Source of the DNA: Gemmatimonadota bacterium
Lineage (GTDB): Bacteria; Gemmatimonadota; Gemmatimonadetes; Gemmatimonadales; GWC2-71-9
Direction of reading: 5' to 3'
Length of the DNA stretch: 64,000 nucleotides
Assembly: GCA_039586365.1 (NCBI GenBank)
Contig: JBDHKN010000023.1
Span: 1-64,000, forward strand
Made by a program: the position numbers and the translations under genes. Every line of letters starts with the position of its first letter. The stretch's first letter is position 1. The notes under the pieces are model-generated. The model saw nothing but the letters and a program-made list of their open reading frames with translations, searched no databases and had not been told where the DNA came from. Below are positions 1 to 9,890 of the stretch, piece by piece.

Positions 1-1128
1 CGGAGTTACGCCGCTCTGGGGAGAGAAGCTGAAGACGCCCGATCCTTCGAGGAAGAAGTCGCGGCGTTCGGGAAAGAACAGGGGGAACCGGGTCAAGTTG
101 ACGCGGCGTTGGTCGGTCTCCACCTCGGCGAAGTCGGTGTTGACGGTTAGCGCGGCCCGGAGACTTGGTGTGACGTTGTAGGACAAGTCGAAACCTGCGT
201 CGACTGGTAGCTGTGTCGGATCTTCGTTGTCCGGCGTCTCATTCCATCCGGCGAGGCCATAGGGCACTACTTCCAGTCCGACTCCCTGGGACAGATCCTG
301 CAAGCCTGTCAGGCGACCAGCGTGAACCGGGCGGGTGAATTGCTGATTGCGGCGATGGCCCGTCCAGCGTGACTCTTCCTGCTTGCGTCGCACCGTCCGA
401 TGGAAGTTGATGCCCCAGGTGTCCTGCTCCGGATCGAAGTTGAGTGTGCTGAACGGAATCCGGACTTCAGCCGACCAGCCGTCATGGTTACGGAAGACAC
501 GGGCCTCCCAAATCCCATCCCACGATTTGTTTACGCCGAAGCCACCCCCGAAGCCACCCCCAAACCCGCCACCACCACCACCGCCGCGGCCACCACCGCC
601 GCCACTTCCCAGCAGCCCGTCACCGATTAGGCCCGCAGGATTGATCTCGAAGTAATACCCCGTCCGGCCGTCCAGGAACGTGTCGAGGATCCACATGAAC
701 CGGTCGTCAGTGAACAGCATGGCGTCCCGTTCCTTCTGATAGGCGAGGATGTTGTCGGGTTCGCTGTCGTGGAGGATCGCTCCGATGTAGAGATTGTCGG
801 AGTCGTAGGCCACGTACACGTCGGTCAGTTCCGTGGCGGGCGCGCCCTCGTCGGGATCCTCCTGCAGAAAACCGGAAGCAGGTGTGCCTCGCTGCCAGAA
901 AGGTTCGTCGACTCGCCCGTTAAGCTCCAACCGCTCATCCTCATCCAGGCGGACCGCCGCAATGGTACGGCGTTCCGTATCCGGCAGAGCGGTTTGGGCT
1001 ATGAGAGATTCCGCGCAGGCCACCGCGATCCAGATGGCAGTGACCGACGAGAGAAGCCGAGCTGTGCCGCTGTGAATTGACTGCGGTCCTGGTCCGGAAC
1101 GGGCAGGGGATCGTGAGATGGACGGCAA
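1..1128 (-). CDS. DUF5916 / CBM9-like domain exported protein (3' end runs off the window)
   Basis: Not in ORF track. Manual translation gives LNGRVDEPFW...VYVAYDSDNLYIG...WSAEVRIPFSTLNF...WGINFHR...NTDFAEVETDQRRVNLTRFPLFFPERRDFFLEG. Start uncertain (TTG at 1128). Confidence 0.85.
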   Translation of the reverse strand, partial: MPSISRSPARSGPGPQSIHSGTARLLSSVTAIWIAVACAESLIAQTALPDTERRTIAAVRLDEDERLELNGRVDEPFWQRGTPASGFLQEDPDEGAPATELTDVYVAYDSDNLYIGAILHDSEPDNILAYQKERDAMLFTDDRFMWILDTFLDGRTGYYFEINPAGLIGDGLLGSGGGGGRGGGGGGGFGGGFGGGFGVNKSWDGIWEARVFRNHDGWSAEVRIPFSTLNFDPEQDTWGINFHRTVRRKQEESRWTGHRRNQQFTRPVHAGRLTGLQDLSQGVGLEVVPYGLAGWNETPDNEDPTQLPVDAGFDLSYNVTPSLRAALTVNTDFAEVETDQRRVNLTRFPLFFPERRDFFLEGSGVFSFSPQSGVTP

Positions 1129-1246
1129 CTTGCCCCCGTGTCGGTGAACTGGGATTGAAGTAACAAACCTTAGAGAAGATACGCGCAGCGATGCCTTCGT
1201 GTTGAGCGGCAGCGATGGGAGTGCCGCAGACACCGAGTTGCAATCA

Positions 1247-1283
1247 TCTACAAAGGTGAATATTATTGTTTCACGTTTGTAGA
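1247..1283. promoter_or_regulatory. Inverted repeat, candidate PadR operator
   Basis: TCTACAAAGGTGAA-N9-TTCACGTTTGTAGA (14-bp arms, 1 mismatch), ending 14 nt before the padR start. Confidence 0.65.
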
Positions 1284-1297
1284 ACATCGGAGGCGTC

Positions 1298-1636
1298 ATG
1301 CCCAAGGGCGACTATCTGGGTGAGTTCGAGCAGCTGGTGTTGGTGGCTCTGCTGCGACTCAAGGATCGAGGCTACGGAGTTACCGTACGCCGGGAAATTC
1401 AGAGTCGCACCGATCGGCAAGTGGCGATTGGTGCGGTCTACGCGAGCTTGGAGCGTCTGGAGCGAAAGGGGTACGTCCTGGCGACTGTTTCCGAACCGGA
1501 ACCCGTACCGGGAGGGCGCGCTAAGAAGTACTTCAGGATCACCCACACTGGGGCGGAGGCCCTCAAGCACGCGCGCGAGATAATGCGGCGCATGACTGAC
1601 GATATCGCAGTGGATGCGGAGTTGGACGCGATATGA
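1298..1636 (+). CDS. PadR family transcriptional regulator (acidobacterial type)
   Basis: LGEFEQLVLVALL..GYGVTVRREI..GAVYASLERLERKG..GGRAKKYFRITHTG; GGAGG RBS. Confidence 0.92.
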   Translation: MPKGDYLGEFEQLVLVALLRLKDRGYGVTVRREIQSRTDRQVAIGAVYASLERLERKGYVLATVSEPEPVPGGRAKKYFRITHTGAEALKHAREIMRRMTDDIAVDAELDAI

Positions 1637-4308
1637 AGCAGAGCGAACGGCGGGCCACGGCACAGCTACCGCCGCGCCTCGCGCGGGCGTTGATCGCAGC
1701 CGTGGCACCCAGTCGGGATCGCCGGTTCATACTTGACGATCTCGCCGAAGAATTCGCCATCCTACTGGCGGAAGGCAATGACCGAAGACAGGCACGGCAC
1801 TGGTACTGGCGCCAAGTCATTGCTTCCGTACCCTCGTCCCTGCGCAGAAGAAGCGCGGTTAGTCGTCCTCGCTTCCGTGGGTGGAGCAGGTTCGGTCTCA
1901 CAGCTCTGTTGCGAGACGTTCACTTCGCCACGAGGCGCCTGCGGTCGCGGCCGGGCTATGTGGCAACTGTTGTCCTCACTCTGGCGTTGGGCCTGGGCGC
2001 CTGTACGGCCATCTTCGGCGTGGCGCACGCCGTGCTGCTGCGACCCTTGCCATATCCCCTACCCGATCGTCTGCTCACCGTGTGGGAGAGCAATCCCGAG
2101 AAAGGCAACCGCCTATCGCTGGTATCGCCACCGACGTTTCTCGATGTGCGCCAGTCGGCCGGGGCCTTCAGTCACGTAGCAGCGTACGGCGGTAACACGT
2201 TCGAGCTAACTGGTCTGGGCTATCCGCAGCACGTTGCCGCGATAGCGGCGACACCGGGGATCTTCTCGCTGCTCGGCGTGAGCATGGCTGTGGGCAGCGG
2301 TTTCCCCCGCGAAGCCGAACAACCCGGCGGAGATGCGATTGTGGTGCTCAGCTACCAATTCTGGCGGCGCTGGTTTGGGGGAGACAGCGACGCCATCGGG
2401 CGGACACTCAAACTCGATGGCCAAGACTTCAGGGTTGTCGGGGTATTGCCGGAACGGTTCTGGTTCCCCGCAGCCGCAGACCTGTGGACCCCCTTGGCAT
2501 TTGGCCCGGCCCAAATCACCGAGGGCATGCGTGGGGCTCGTTACCTCCAGACTCTGGCACGTTTGAAGCCGGGAGTTTCCCCGGAGCAGGCTCGCTCCGA
2601 AATGACGGGGTTGGCGGACCACCTCGGGTCCGCGCACCCCAACAACGCTGGCTGGGGTTTCCAGCTGGAGTCGCTGCACGATCACCTGGTAGGTGACTAT
2701 CGCCGGCTCCTGGTGCTGCTGTTGGGAGCGGTTGGGTTCGTGCTGTGCATCGCGTGCGCCAATGTCGTTAACCTTGTGATGGCGCGAGCGAACGAGCGAC
2801 GCGGAGAGAAGCTGATCCGTGCGGCTCTGGGTGCGACCAAGTTGCGGCTACTCCGAGACGCACTGGTAGAGAATCTGTTGCTCGCTCTGTTGGGAGCGGC
2901 AGTGGCGATTGCAGCCGCGTTCTGGATGGTGACGCCGCTGGTGCGGCTCGCTCCGGCCGCCATCCCGCGGTTGGATCAAGTCGCAATCGACGGCTGGGTC
3001 ATTGCCTTCTGCCTGTCTCTGTCGCTCGCCGTGGGCCTGGTGCTGACATTGGTCGCACGACTCAGCGAGCCACGCGACTCAGATCATGCCATACTGCGGG
3101 TCTCGGGAGCGCGGACCGCTGGCCATACCGGTCATCGCGTGCGCCGGCTGTTGATTGTGGGTGAAGTCGCGCTGTCCCTGGTGCTGCTCATTGGTGCGGG
3201 TTTGATGCTGCGGAGTTTCTTGCGCTTGCACGATGTGGATCCGGGTTTTCGCACCGATGGAGTGATGACCGCGTCACTCTCCCTGCCCCGTGCCCGGTAC
3301 GCCAGCAACGAGGCAAGAGTGAGCTTCTTCCGCGATCTGCTGGCGCAGACCGAGATCCTGGATGGCGTCGTGTCGGTGGGGGCAACCACCAACCTTCCCA
3401 TGGCCGGATCTACGATGCGTTTCGGATTCGGCATCGACGGACGGGCCGATGCCAGCCTCAACGAGCGGCTCGCCGCGGAGTACCACGCAGCCAGCCCGGG
3501 CTATTTCCGCACGATGGGCATCGCCCTGCGGGGAAGGTCTTTCGTTGCCAGCGACAACAGTGATGGTGCGCCGGTGGTGATAATCAACCAGTCAATGGCG
3601 CGCCGTTTTTGGCCGGCATCCGACCCTGTCGGTGAGCGCATCACGGTGGTGTCGCAGGACGGTCCCGTGTCGCGCGAGATCGTCGGTATCGTCGCGGACG
3701 TGCGTCACGCGGGTTTGGCCTCCGAGCCGCGTCTGGAGGTCTATGTGCCACTGGCACAGGATCCCTGGCCCTTCGTGACGGTAGTCGCACGAACCGTGCG
3801 AGGCGAGACTCTGCTGACCGGTCAGCTCAGAGATCAGCTCCTCACGCTCGATCAGGCGCTGCCACTCAGCCGAGTACAGCCGCTGGAACGTTTGGTTGCC
3901 ACCTGGCTAGCACCGCTGCAATTCCAGCTGGTACTGGTGGGTGTTTTCGCGCTGGTTGCCTTGCTGATGGCGATGCTCGGCATGTACGGCGTGATATCCT
4001 ACGTTGTCAGCCGGCGAGTGAATGAGATCGGCATCCGAATGGCGCTCGGAGCACGGCAGCGCGATGTGTTGCGGAACGTGGCTGGCGAGGCTATTGGGCT
4101 GGCTGGTGCCGGTGTCGTGCTGGGCACAGCGGCCGCAGCCGTGCTGACTGGTAGCCTCGCGAGTCTGCTGTACGAGGTGTCGCCGACCGATCCGGCGACG
4201 TTTGCCGCTATCTCATTGCTAGTGTTGGCGGTGGCCTCCGCGGCCTGCTTCGTACCAGCGTATCAAGCGGCGCGCGTTGACCCGATCTGTGCCCTCAGGC
4301 AGGAGTAG
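1633..4308 (+). CDS. ADOP-family duplicated ABC permease (MacB/FtsX-like, no ATPase)
   Basis: Two repeats of periplasmic domain plus FtsX TM block (LCIACANVVNL..IRAALGA; EIGIRMALGA..VPAYQAARVDP); ATGA overlap with padR. Confidence 0.92.
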   Translation: MKQSERRATAQLPPRLARALIAAVAPSRDRRFILDDLAEEFAILLAEGNDRRQARHWYWRQVIASVPSSLRRRSAVSRPRFRGWSRFGLTALLRDVHFATRRLRSRPGYVATVVLTLALGLGACTAIFGVAHAVLLRPLPYPLPDRLLTVWESNPEKGNRLSLVSPPTFLDVRQSAGAFSHVAAYGGNTFELTGLGYPQHVAAIAATPGIFSLLGVSMAVGSGFPREAEQPGGDAIVVLSYQFWRRWFGGDSDAIGRTLKLDGQDFRVVGVLPERFWFPAAADLWTPLAFGPAQITEGMRGARYLQTLARLKPGVSPEQARSEMTGLADHLGSAHPNNAGWGFQLESLHDHLVGDYRRLLVLLLGAVGFVLCIACANVVNLVMARANERRGEKLIRAALGATKLRLLRDALVENLLLALLGAAVAIAAAFWMVTPLVRLAPAAIPRLDQVAIDGWVIAFCLSLSLAVGLVLTLVARLSEPRDSDHAILRVSGARTAGHTGHRVRRLLIVGEVALSLVLLIGAGLMLRSFLRLHDVDPGFRTDGVMTASLSLPRARYASNEARVSFFRDLLAQTEILDGVVSVGATTNLPMAGSTMRFGFGIDGRADASLNERLAAEYHAASPGYFRTMGIALRGRSFVASDNSDGAPVVIINQSMARRFWPASDPVGERITVVSQDGPVSREIVGIVADVRHAGLASEPRLEVYVPLAQDPWPFVTVVARTVRGETLLTGQLRDQLLTLDQALPLSRVQPLERLVATWLAPLQFQLVLVGVFALVALLMAMLGMYGVISYVVSRRVNEIGIRMALGARQRDVLRNVAGEAIGLAGAGVVLGTAAAAVLTGSLASLLYEVSPTDPATFAAISLLVLAVASAACFVPAYQAARVDPICALRQE

Positions 4309-4460
4309 GGATTCCTGCGCTGCGCGAGATGTCTCCCAGGCCTCATCGGTCGAGGGAAAGACGTTATAATTGGGGCAGGCGTGGGTGGGTCGAACCGGGC
4401 ACGGGGTGCCGCCTGGCAGTGGTTTGCGCACAGATAGCGAGGGATCCAAGGGCTATTCAT

Positions 4461-4904
4461 ATGGCCTCGATAATCGACTACCACAGAAGGCTCAAGTTGG
4501 GAGACTTCGAGCTCGTGGCGACGGCTGCAGGCCGATGCAGGGCAAGGGTAGTGTTGGGGTGGGGGGAGGACGGGGACTTCGTCGGCGTGGCGGAAGGCGC
4601 CGACTCACCCTCCGGGCAGCTACGCTGCGCTGCAGAAGCCACCGCTCAAGCCCTCGAGACTGCTGCCGAAGAGAAGGTGGAGCTGAGGGTACTGGCTGTC
4701 AAAGCGATCGAGGGGTTCGACACAATCATTGTGGTAGTGTCACTCGGGTCGCGAGTGCAAGATCAGACTGAACGGCTGGTAGGCTCCTGCTTGATCAAAG
4801 GTCAGCCGGCACGTGGTGCTGTGCTCGCTGTCCTAAGTGCCACCAATCGCCTACTTGGCCGGGTCCTTGCGGAGATTCAATCCGAGGGGACCAAGCCCGG
4901 CTAG
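4461..4904 (+). CDS. Hypothetical protein, possibly LeuA regulatory-domain-like fold
   Basis: Part of ORF 4329..4904; plausible start MASIIDY; C-terminal AVLAVLSATNR. Confidence 0.6.
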   Translation: MASIIDYHRRLKLGDFELVATAAGRCRARVVLGWGEDGDFVGVAEGADSPSGQLRCAAEATAQALETAAEEKVELRVLAVKAIEGFDTIIVVVSLGSRVQDQTERLVGSCLIKGQPARGAVLAVLSATNRLLGRVLAEIQSEGTKPG

Positions 4905-4920
4905 TTCGAAGCCGTCACCT

Positions 4921-6483
4921 CTATTGGAGCAAGGCATCCACCTCGCGGCGCGCTTGTAGCTCCGCGTCTATGCGGTCTCCGATTTCTTGAGCCCGCGCCA
5001 GATGCTCGGTGAGATCGTCGACTGAGCCGATTCCCGCCCGGAGTCGTAACAGGCCCAGTCTGACGTTCTCCAATGCACCGACCGCCATGGTGAGACGTTC
5101 GCCCGTCTCCCCACGTCTTCTGAGCAAATCGGCGTCGTGCTCCAGTCGCCCGATCACACTCGGTACGCCTGAAAGGCGTTTGCGGATTTCACTGGGTAGC
5201 TCCCCGTAGATCTCAGTGGCCGCATGGCCCAGGACCACCTCCGTGCGATCGGCGGACGGGAGCGCAGTACGTTTCGGTGCGGAGAGCCCGATGCCGGACA
5301 CCTTGAAGAAAAACCTGCCGAACTTGCTGGCCCAGATCCGATTCCATACTCCCGACACACGCCGGACCCACTTGCGCCGTTGGACGGCCTCGGCTTCCTC
5401 ATCCTGCACCCGAGCCTCGGCGAGGAGAGCCTCGCGGATATCGTCGAACGTGTAACCGCCCCGCAACAACCTTCGTGCTGCTGCGCCCAACTGGATCAGT
5501 AGCAGAAGCGATACAAACTGCAGCCCACCGCTGCTGGGATTGTCCGGCCCGAAGACTATCACCGTCAGAATCACCGCCGTGCTCACTTCCGCGTTACGCA
5601 GGAAGTTCCTCACTACCGGCGGCGCTCTCAGTTCGCGGCCGCGAGCCTCGTTGATCGCCGTTGCCAGGTCGTCACCCGAGGGGAATCGCTCTGCGGGATC
5701 TTTCTGCAGACAGCGGTCAACTATGGTCGCCAGCTTTGCCGGAGTCTCCGGCCGCAGCGAGACGATGCGGGGAGCTGGCTCGGCAACGTGTTTGGTCAGT
5801 AGGGCCGCCACAGTCGGCGCGGTAAACGGGGCGCGCCCAGTCAGAGCAAAGAAGGCCGTCGCTCCCAGCGAGTAGAGATCACTGCGGGCGTCCACGGTTT
5901 CCCCGCACGCCTGTTCGGGGCTCATGTAACGAGCGGTTCCGACTACCTCCCCCTCGCCAGCTTCGTCTCGGCCAGCAGACGGTCGGGCAATGCCGAAGTC
6001 GGTGACGATGGCGCGGTCGCTGGCGCGTTCGATCATGATGTTCTCGGGCTTGACATCCCGGTGGACGATGCCGCGCTGGTGGGCGTGTGCCAACGCCCAA
6101 GCGACTTCCTGCACCAATCTCATCACGGCGCGCGGGGTTAGTGGCCCGGTGCGTTCCACTCGCTCTCGCAGCGTCTCTCCGTCGACGTATCCCATCACGA
6201 AGAAGACGAGATCTCCGTGCTCTTCGACGACGTGAATCGGCACTATGTTGGGGTGGGACAGTCCCGCTGCAATTCGGGCTTCGCGCAGGAAGCGCTCTCG
6301 CAACTGTTGCTGTGCGGCCATCGTATGCGGCAGCAGTTTGATGGCAACGAGGCGGTCGAGTGCCACATCTCGCGCCAGCAACACTATTCCCATTCCCCCC
6401 CGGCCCAGTTCGCACTCGATCGAGTACCGCCCTGCAAGCACTTCCTGGAGGGCCAAGAACTCCGGACTGATCTGACTCGTCAC
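4921..6483 (-). CDS. Hanks-type Ser/Thr protein kinase with TM segments and helical C-terminus
   Basis: LGRGGMG, VAIK, HRDVKPEN, DFG, YMSPEQ, SDLYSLG all intact. Confidence 0.93.
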   Translation of the reverse strand: MTSQISPEFLALQEVLAGRYSIECELGRGGMGIVLLARDVALDRLVAIKLLPHTMAAQQQLRERFLREARIAAGLSHPNIVPIHVVEEHGDLVFFVMGYVDGETLRERVERTGPLTPRAVMRLVQEVAWALAHAHQRGIVHRDVKPENIMIERASDRAIVTDFGIARPSAGRDEAGEGEVVGTARYMSPEQACGETVDARSDLYSLGATAFFALTGRAPFTAPTVAALLTKHVAEPAPRIVSLRPETPAKLATIVDRCLQKDPAERFPSGDDLATAINEARGRELRAPPVVRNFLRNAEVSTAVILTVIVFGPDNPSSGGLQFVSLLLLIQLGAAARRLLRGGYTFDDIREALLAEARVQDEEAEAVQRRKWVRRVSGVWNRIWASKFGRFFFKVSGIGLSAPKRTALPSADRTEVVLGHAATEIYGELPSEIRKRLSGVPSVIGRLEHDADLLRRRGETGERLTMAVGALENVRLGLLRLRAGIGSVDDLTEHLARAQEIGDRIDAELQARREVDALLQ

Positions 6484-6525
6484 TCTGCGCTATTCACTTT
6501 CCACTACATAGGTCGTTGCCCGTGA

Positions 6526-7545
6526 TCAAGAGTCGTGCAGCTCATTGCGAGCTTCTGCCGCCCGTACAGCAGCTCCAATGCTCTCGAGGGTAGTCGCCGC
6601 AGCACTCATGACTGTGTCCGCTCTGTCATCAATTCCGTGTGCGGCCAGTGCACGACCCAGTTCCGTCAATGTCTTGGCAGCCATCCATGGGTTGTTGAGT
6701 CTGGCAGCCATGGAGGCGGCCTGCTCGGCGATCTCCACCGCCCTTTCAGTCCGTCCCTCAAGTCGAGCCACCAGGGCCAGGACCCTTAGCGAGTCGATCT
6801 CCGTGGATGGATCGTCGTGCTCCCGCGCCAACTGAACCGCCAGTTCGGCACGGGCGTTGCCCAATCGCAGGTCGCCAAGTAACACATCGGTCTCGGCGCT
6901 GTCACCCAGGGTCCATCCCAGAGCGCGGGGATCTCCCAGCTGTTCAGCAGCTTCCATCGCACGATCCGCGGCTTCGCGAGCGGCGGCAAGCTCGCCCTGT
7001 TCTCGCAACACCACCCCTGCGTTGTGCCACGCTTCAGCCAGACCGCTCAGTGACCCCGCTTGATCGAATAGGTTGGCCGCAAGAGAGTACTGACGCAATG
7101 CCTCGGCGCGTTCGCCCAGATAGTAGGCCACGTTGCCCAGGTTGTTCGCGCAGCGCGCCATCATGATCTTATCGTCGTAGCTCCGCGCGAGTTCGAGTGC
7201 CCGAGCGAAACCTGAGCGTGCTCGATCGAGCTGTCCTAAAGCGAATGTTCCTGCCGCCGCCACGTTCTGCGAACGCATTTCCCCGTCGCCGTCACCGCGG
7301 GCGCGATACTCCGCCAACGCCTTGAGCGCGAAACCGTGGCTTTCCTCGTACTTCCCGATGCGCCAAGCAGCCATTGCCATGAGTAACAACCACTCGGGGT
7401 GCGCACCATATTGTTCTCTCGTGGCGGACAACAGCTCCCATGCTTCACGAAACTGCCCCGTCCGGACCGCCAGACGCGCAGCCCGCAGAGGATCGTTACG
7501 ATGCGTACGCCGAGACCTGGCTGCAGTCATAGCGATCCCAACCAT
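6526..7545 (-). CDS. Tetratricopeptide repeat protein
   Basis: Repeated helices CANNLGNVAYYLG, AWHNAGVVLREQG, ARSGFARALELA. Confidence 0.85.
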   Translation of the reverse strand: MVGIAMTAARSRRTHRNDPLRAARLAVRTGQFREAWELLSATREQYGAHPEWLLLMAMAAWRIGKYEESHGFALKALAEYRARGDGDGEMRSQNVAAAGTFALGQLDRARSGFARALELARSYDDKIMMARCANNLGNVAYYLGERAEALRQYSLAANLFDQAGSLSGLAEAWHNAGVVLREQGELAAAREAADRAMEAAEQLGDPRALGWTLGDSAETDVLLGDLRLGNARAELAVQLAREHDDPSTEIDSLRVLALVARLEGRTERAVEIAEQAASMAARLNNPWMAAKTLTELGRALAAHGIDDRADTVMSAAATTLESIGAAVRAAEARNELHDS

Positions 7546-7569
7546 GGTGGTACGTGCATCATCGGGCTG

Positions 7570-8916
7570 TCATTCATGCTTACCAAGCCCATCATGGTGA
7601 TCCAATAGTCGCTGCAACCGGGCTCGCGAAACGCCCAACTGTCGTGCCGCTTCGCTCTTGTTCCCATCACAGGCATTCACCATTTGCTGGGCAGCAACTG
7701 CGTTGATCTGCTGCAGAGTCGCCGGAAATGGAATAGGCTCACTTGGCGTATTGGGTGCAGAACGAGTGCCCGGGACGAGTTCGGTGGGATCTAAAGAGCC
7801 GGGTGCCGAGAGTAGCAGGGCTCGTTCAATCGCGTGATGCAATTCGCGCACGTTGCCAGGCCAGGAGTGCAATCGCAGCGTCGTGAGCACGGCTGAACCC
7901 AAGACGGGGACCGGCAAACCATAACGGGCCGCCAGGGAGTTCACGAACCGGTCGGCGAGAAGTTCCAGATCGCTACCGCGCTCCCTCAATGGCGGTAGGT
8001 ACAGCGAGACAACGTTCAATCGGTAGAAGAGATCCTGGCGGAACTCGCCCCGCTCCGCAGCTTGGCTCAAGTCGACATGTGTGGCGGCAATGATCCGAGC
8101 GTCGATGTCGCGAACGTCGGTTCCACCCACTCGTCTGATCTGTTTTTCCTCCAAAGCTCGCAGCAGTTTGCCCTGCAACTCGATCGGGAGGTGCCCAATC
8201 TCGTCCAGGAACAGTGATCCACCGTGAGCCTCCTCAAAGAGGCCAACCTTGGTGTGATGTGCGTCGGTGAAAGCTCCCTTTTCGTGTCCGAACAGCTCAC
8301 TCTCGAGCAGCGTCGCCGGTATCGCGGCGCAGTTTATGGCGACAAACGGTCCGCTGGCTCGCGGCCCGCCATCGTGTATTGCTCTGGCAAGCAGTTCCTT
8401 CCCTGTGCCGGTCTCACCGCCGATCAGAATTGTCACGTCTCCGTGGGACAGCACACGCTTCGCTTTGTCCAAGGTCGCATGAAGAGCGCTGCTGTCACCC
8501 ACTATGGAGCTGAACGCCAGCTTTGCGGCCGGGGAGACTTCTTGGCTGGCTTCCCGGGCTGCCTCAACTCGAGCGGCCAGGGTACGCCGCAGTAGGTCGA
8601 CATCTTCAGGGAGAGAGAAATAGTCGGCAGCGCCGCGCCGTAGGGCCTCTATGCCGAAGCGGTGTGATACTCTGGACCCCACGAGGTAGGTGGGCGAGCC
8701 TGACCGCGTGTCGAGAGACAGGAGCAGCTCCAGGCCGTGGTCCTCCTCGCCTCCGGCTGCGAGGATCGACGCCACGATGTTACGCGACCGGTGATCCTCC
8801 TGTTGATTCGGCTGGACCACGAGACTCTGCACGCCAAGCTCCTTAGCGAAATTCATCCACAGGGAGTTAAACGAGTCAGATAGCTTGATGATTCTCAGGA
8901 CGAGTTGGTCGGTCAC
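7570..8916 (-). CDS. Sigma-54-dependent enhancer-binding protein with degenerate receiver domain
   Basis: GETGTGKE, ESELFGHEKGAFTDA, FLDEIG, WPGNVREL, C-terminal Fis-type HTH GNKSEAARQLGVSR. Confidence 0.93.
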   Translation of the reverse strand: MTDQLVLRIIKLSDSFNSLWMNFAKELGVQSLVVQPNQQEDHRSRNIVASILAAGGEEDHGLELLLSLDTRSGSPTYLVGSRVSHRFGIEALRRGAADYFSLPEDVDLLRRTLAARVEAAREASQEVSPAAKLAFSSIVGDSSALHATLDKAKRVLSHGDVTILIGGETGTGKELLARAIHDGGPRASGPFVAINCAAIPATLLESELFGHEKGAFTDAHHTKVGLFEEAHGGSLFLDEIGHLPIELQGKLLRALEEKQIRRVGGTDVRDIDARIIAATHVDLSQAAERGEFRQDLFYRLNVVSLYLPPLRERGSDLELLADRFVNSLAARYGLPVPVLGSAVLTTLRLHSWPGNVRELHHAIERALLLSAPGSLDPTELVPGTRSAPNTPSEPIPFPATLQQINAVAAQQMVNACDGNKSEAARQLGVSRARLQRLLDHHDGLGKHE

Positions 8917-9015
8917 GGAGATATCCGGTGTATGGCACGTCCCAACTTTGGACTTTCGGACCGGCCGAGCGCAAGCACCCGGCCCGATACCAGTGGACCG
9001 CTGACCGGTGCCGCT

Positions 9016-9777
9016 CTAGCTGATACCGTCGCGGTCCTCGTCCTCAAATGCTTCAAACGAGTCCTTGATGTTCTCCTTCACAAGGCTCTCGTTCTGTTCC
9101 CCTTTGTTGCCGCTCTCTGGGTTGATCAGGCCACCTGACAGGTCGCGAAACCAGACATCGATGTCGACGAATACTGTCACGTTGGTGGCATCACTGTTCT
9201 CGTCTACGACGAGCGGCGGCGAGAGATCCAGTTCTTGCTCCACGCCGAGATCCGTCTCGAACAAGAACGCCTGGCCATTGAATTTCCCGGTCACGCGAAT
9301 GCTCTTGTCAATGAATTCCGGGTGCGCCTGGCGAAATGCCTCATCGGCGGGATCGTCTTCGCTCACCTTGTGGATGTCGAACTCGATCTCGGAGTAAGTC
9401 CCTTGGGGAATATCGAGTTCGAATTGCACCTCGACGCCCGCTTGTAGCGGTAGAGAGACCAGTACTGGCCCCGCCGCGAACTCCTGACAGCCATCATCAT
9501 CAGGCTCGGAGTCACAGTCGGTGACGTCGCTGCGCTTCAGCTCCACCTCGCGTAGCACGATCTCGGCAGTAGTCAGGATCAGCGTGTCTGCCCCGCTGAC
9601 GAGTGTGTCATCCAGCGCGATGGTCGGCGCGGCGGTAGGTCCCGATCGACTAAGCGCTGGTACTGGCGATTGGGTGGCGAAAGAGACCTGTATGTCGCGG
9701 AACGCAAGGGGTACCGTAGTGTCACTGCACCCCGCGACTGCCGCCGCCAATACGAGTCCCAGTATGAGTCGCTTCAT
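9016..9777 (-). CDS. Acidic lipoprotein (DUF4382-like), paralog of 9891..10685
   Basis: Start MKRLILGLVLAAAVAGC (lipobox); shares EIEFDIHKVS, HP..KSIRV.G.FNGQ.F.FETD and ENIK.SFEAFED with its neighbour. Confidence 0.8.
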   Translation of the reverse strand: MKRLILGLVLAAAVAGCSDTTVPLAFRDIQVSFATQSPVPALSRSGPTAAPTIALDDTLVSGADTLILTTAEIVLREVELKRSDVTDCDSEPDDDGCQEFAAGPVLVSLPLQAGVEVQFELDIPQGTYSEIEFDIHKVSEDDPADEAFRQAHPEFIDKSIRVTGKFNGQAFLFETDLGVEQELDLSPPLVVDENSDATNVTVFVDIDVWFRDLSGGLINPESGNKGEQNESLVKENIKDSFEAFEDEDRDGIS

Positions 9778-9842
9778 CGAGATCCCTCCAGGATGAGATC
9801 GGTACAATCTAGTGTGTGCTTGGCCTTTGTTGTGTGGCCAGC

Positions 9843-9878
9843 GCTCTGTGGAGCCCCGCCATGCAGGGTCCACAGAGC
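9843..9878 (-). terminator. Intergenic stem-loop between the two lipoprotein genes
   Basis: GCTCTGTGGA...TCCACAGAGC 10-bp perfect stem; no strong U tract. Confidence 0.45.
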
Positions 9879-9890
9879 TATCCATGTCGC

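Noticed and set aside
347..655. Pro-rich plus-strand ORF
   Set aside because: Reverse complement of the Gly-rich loop of the DUF5916 gene.
4414..4428. TGGCAGTGGTTTGCG as a sigma-54 promoter
   Set aside because: GG-to-GC spacing is 9, not the required 10.
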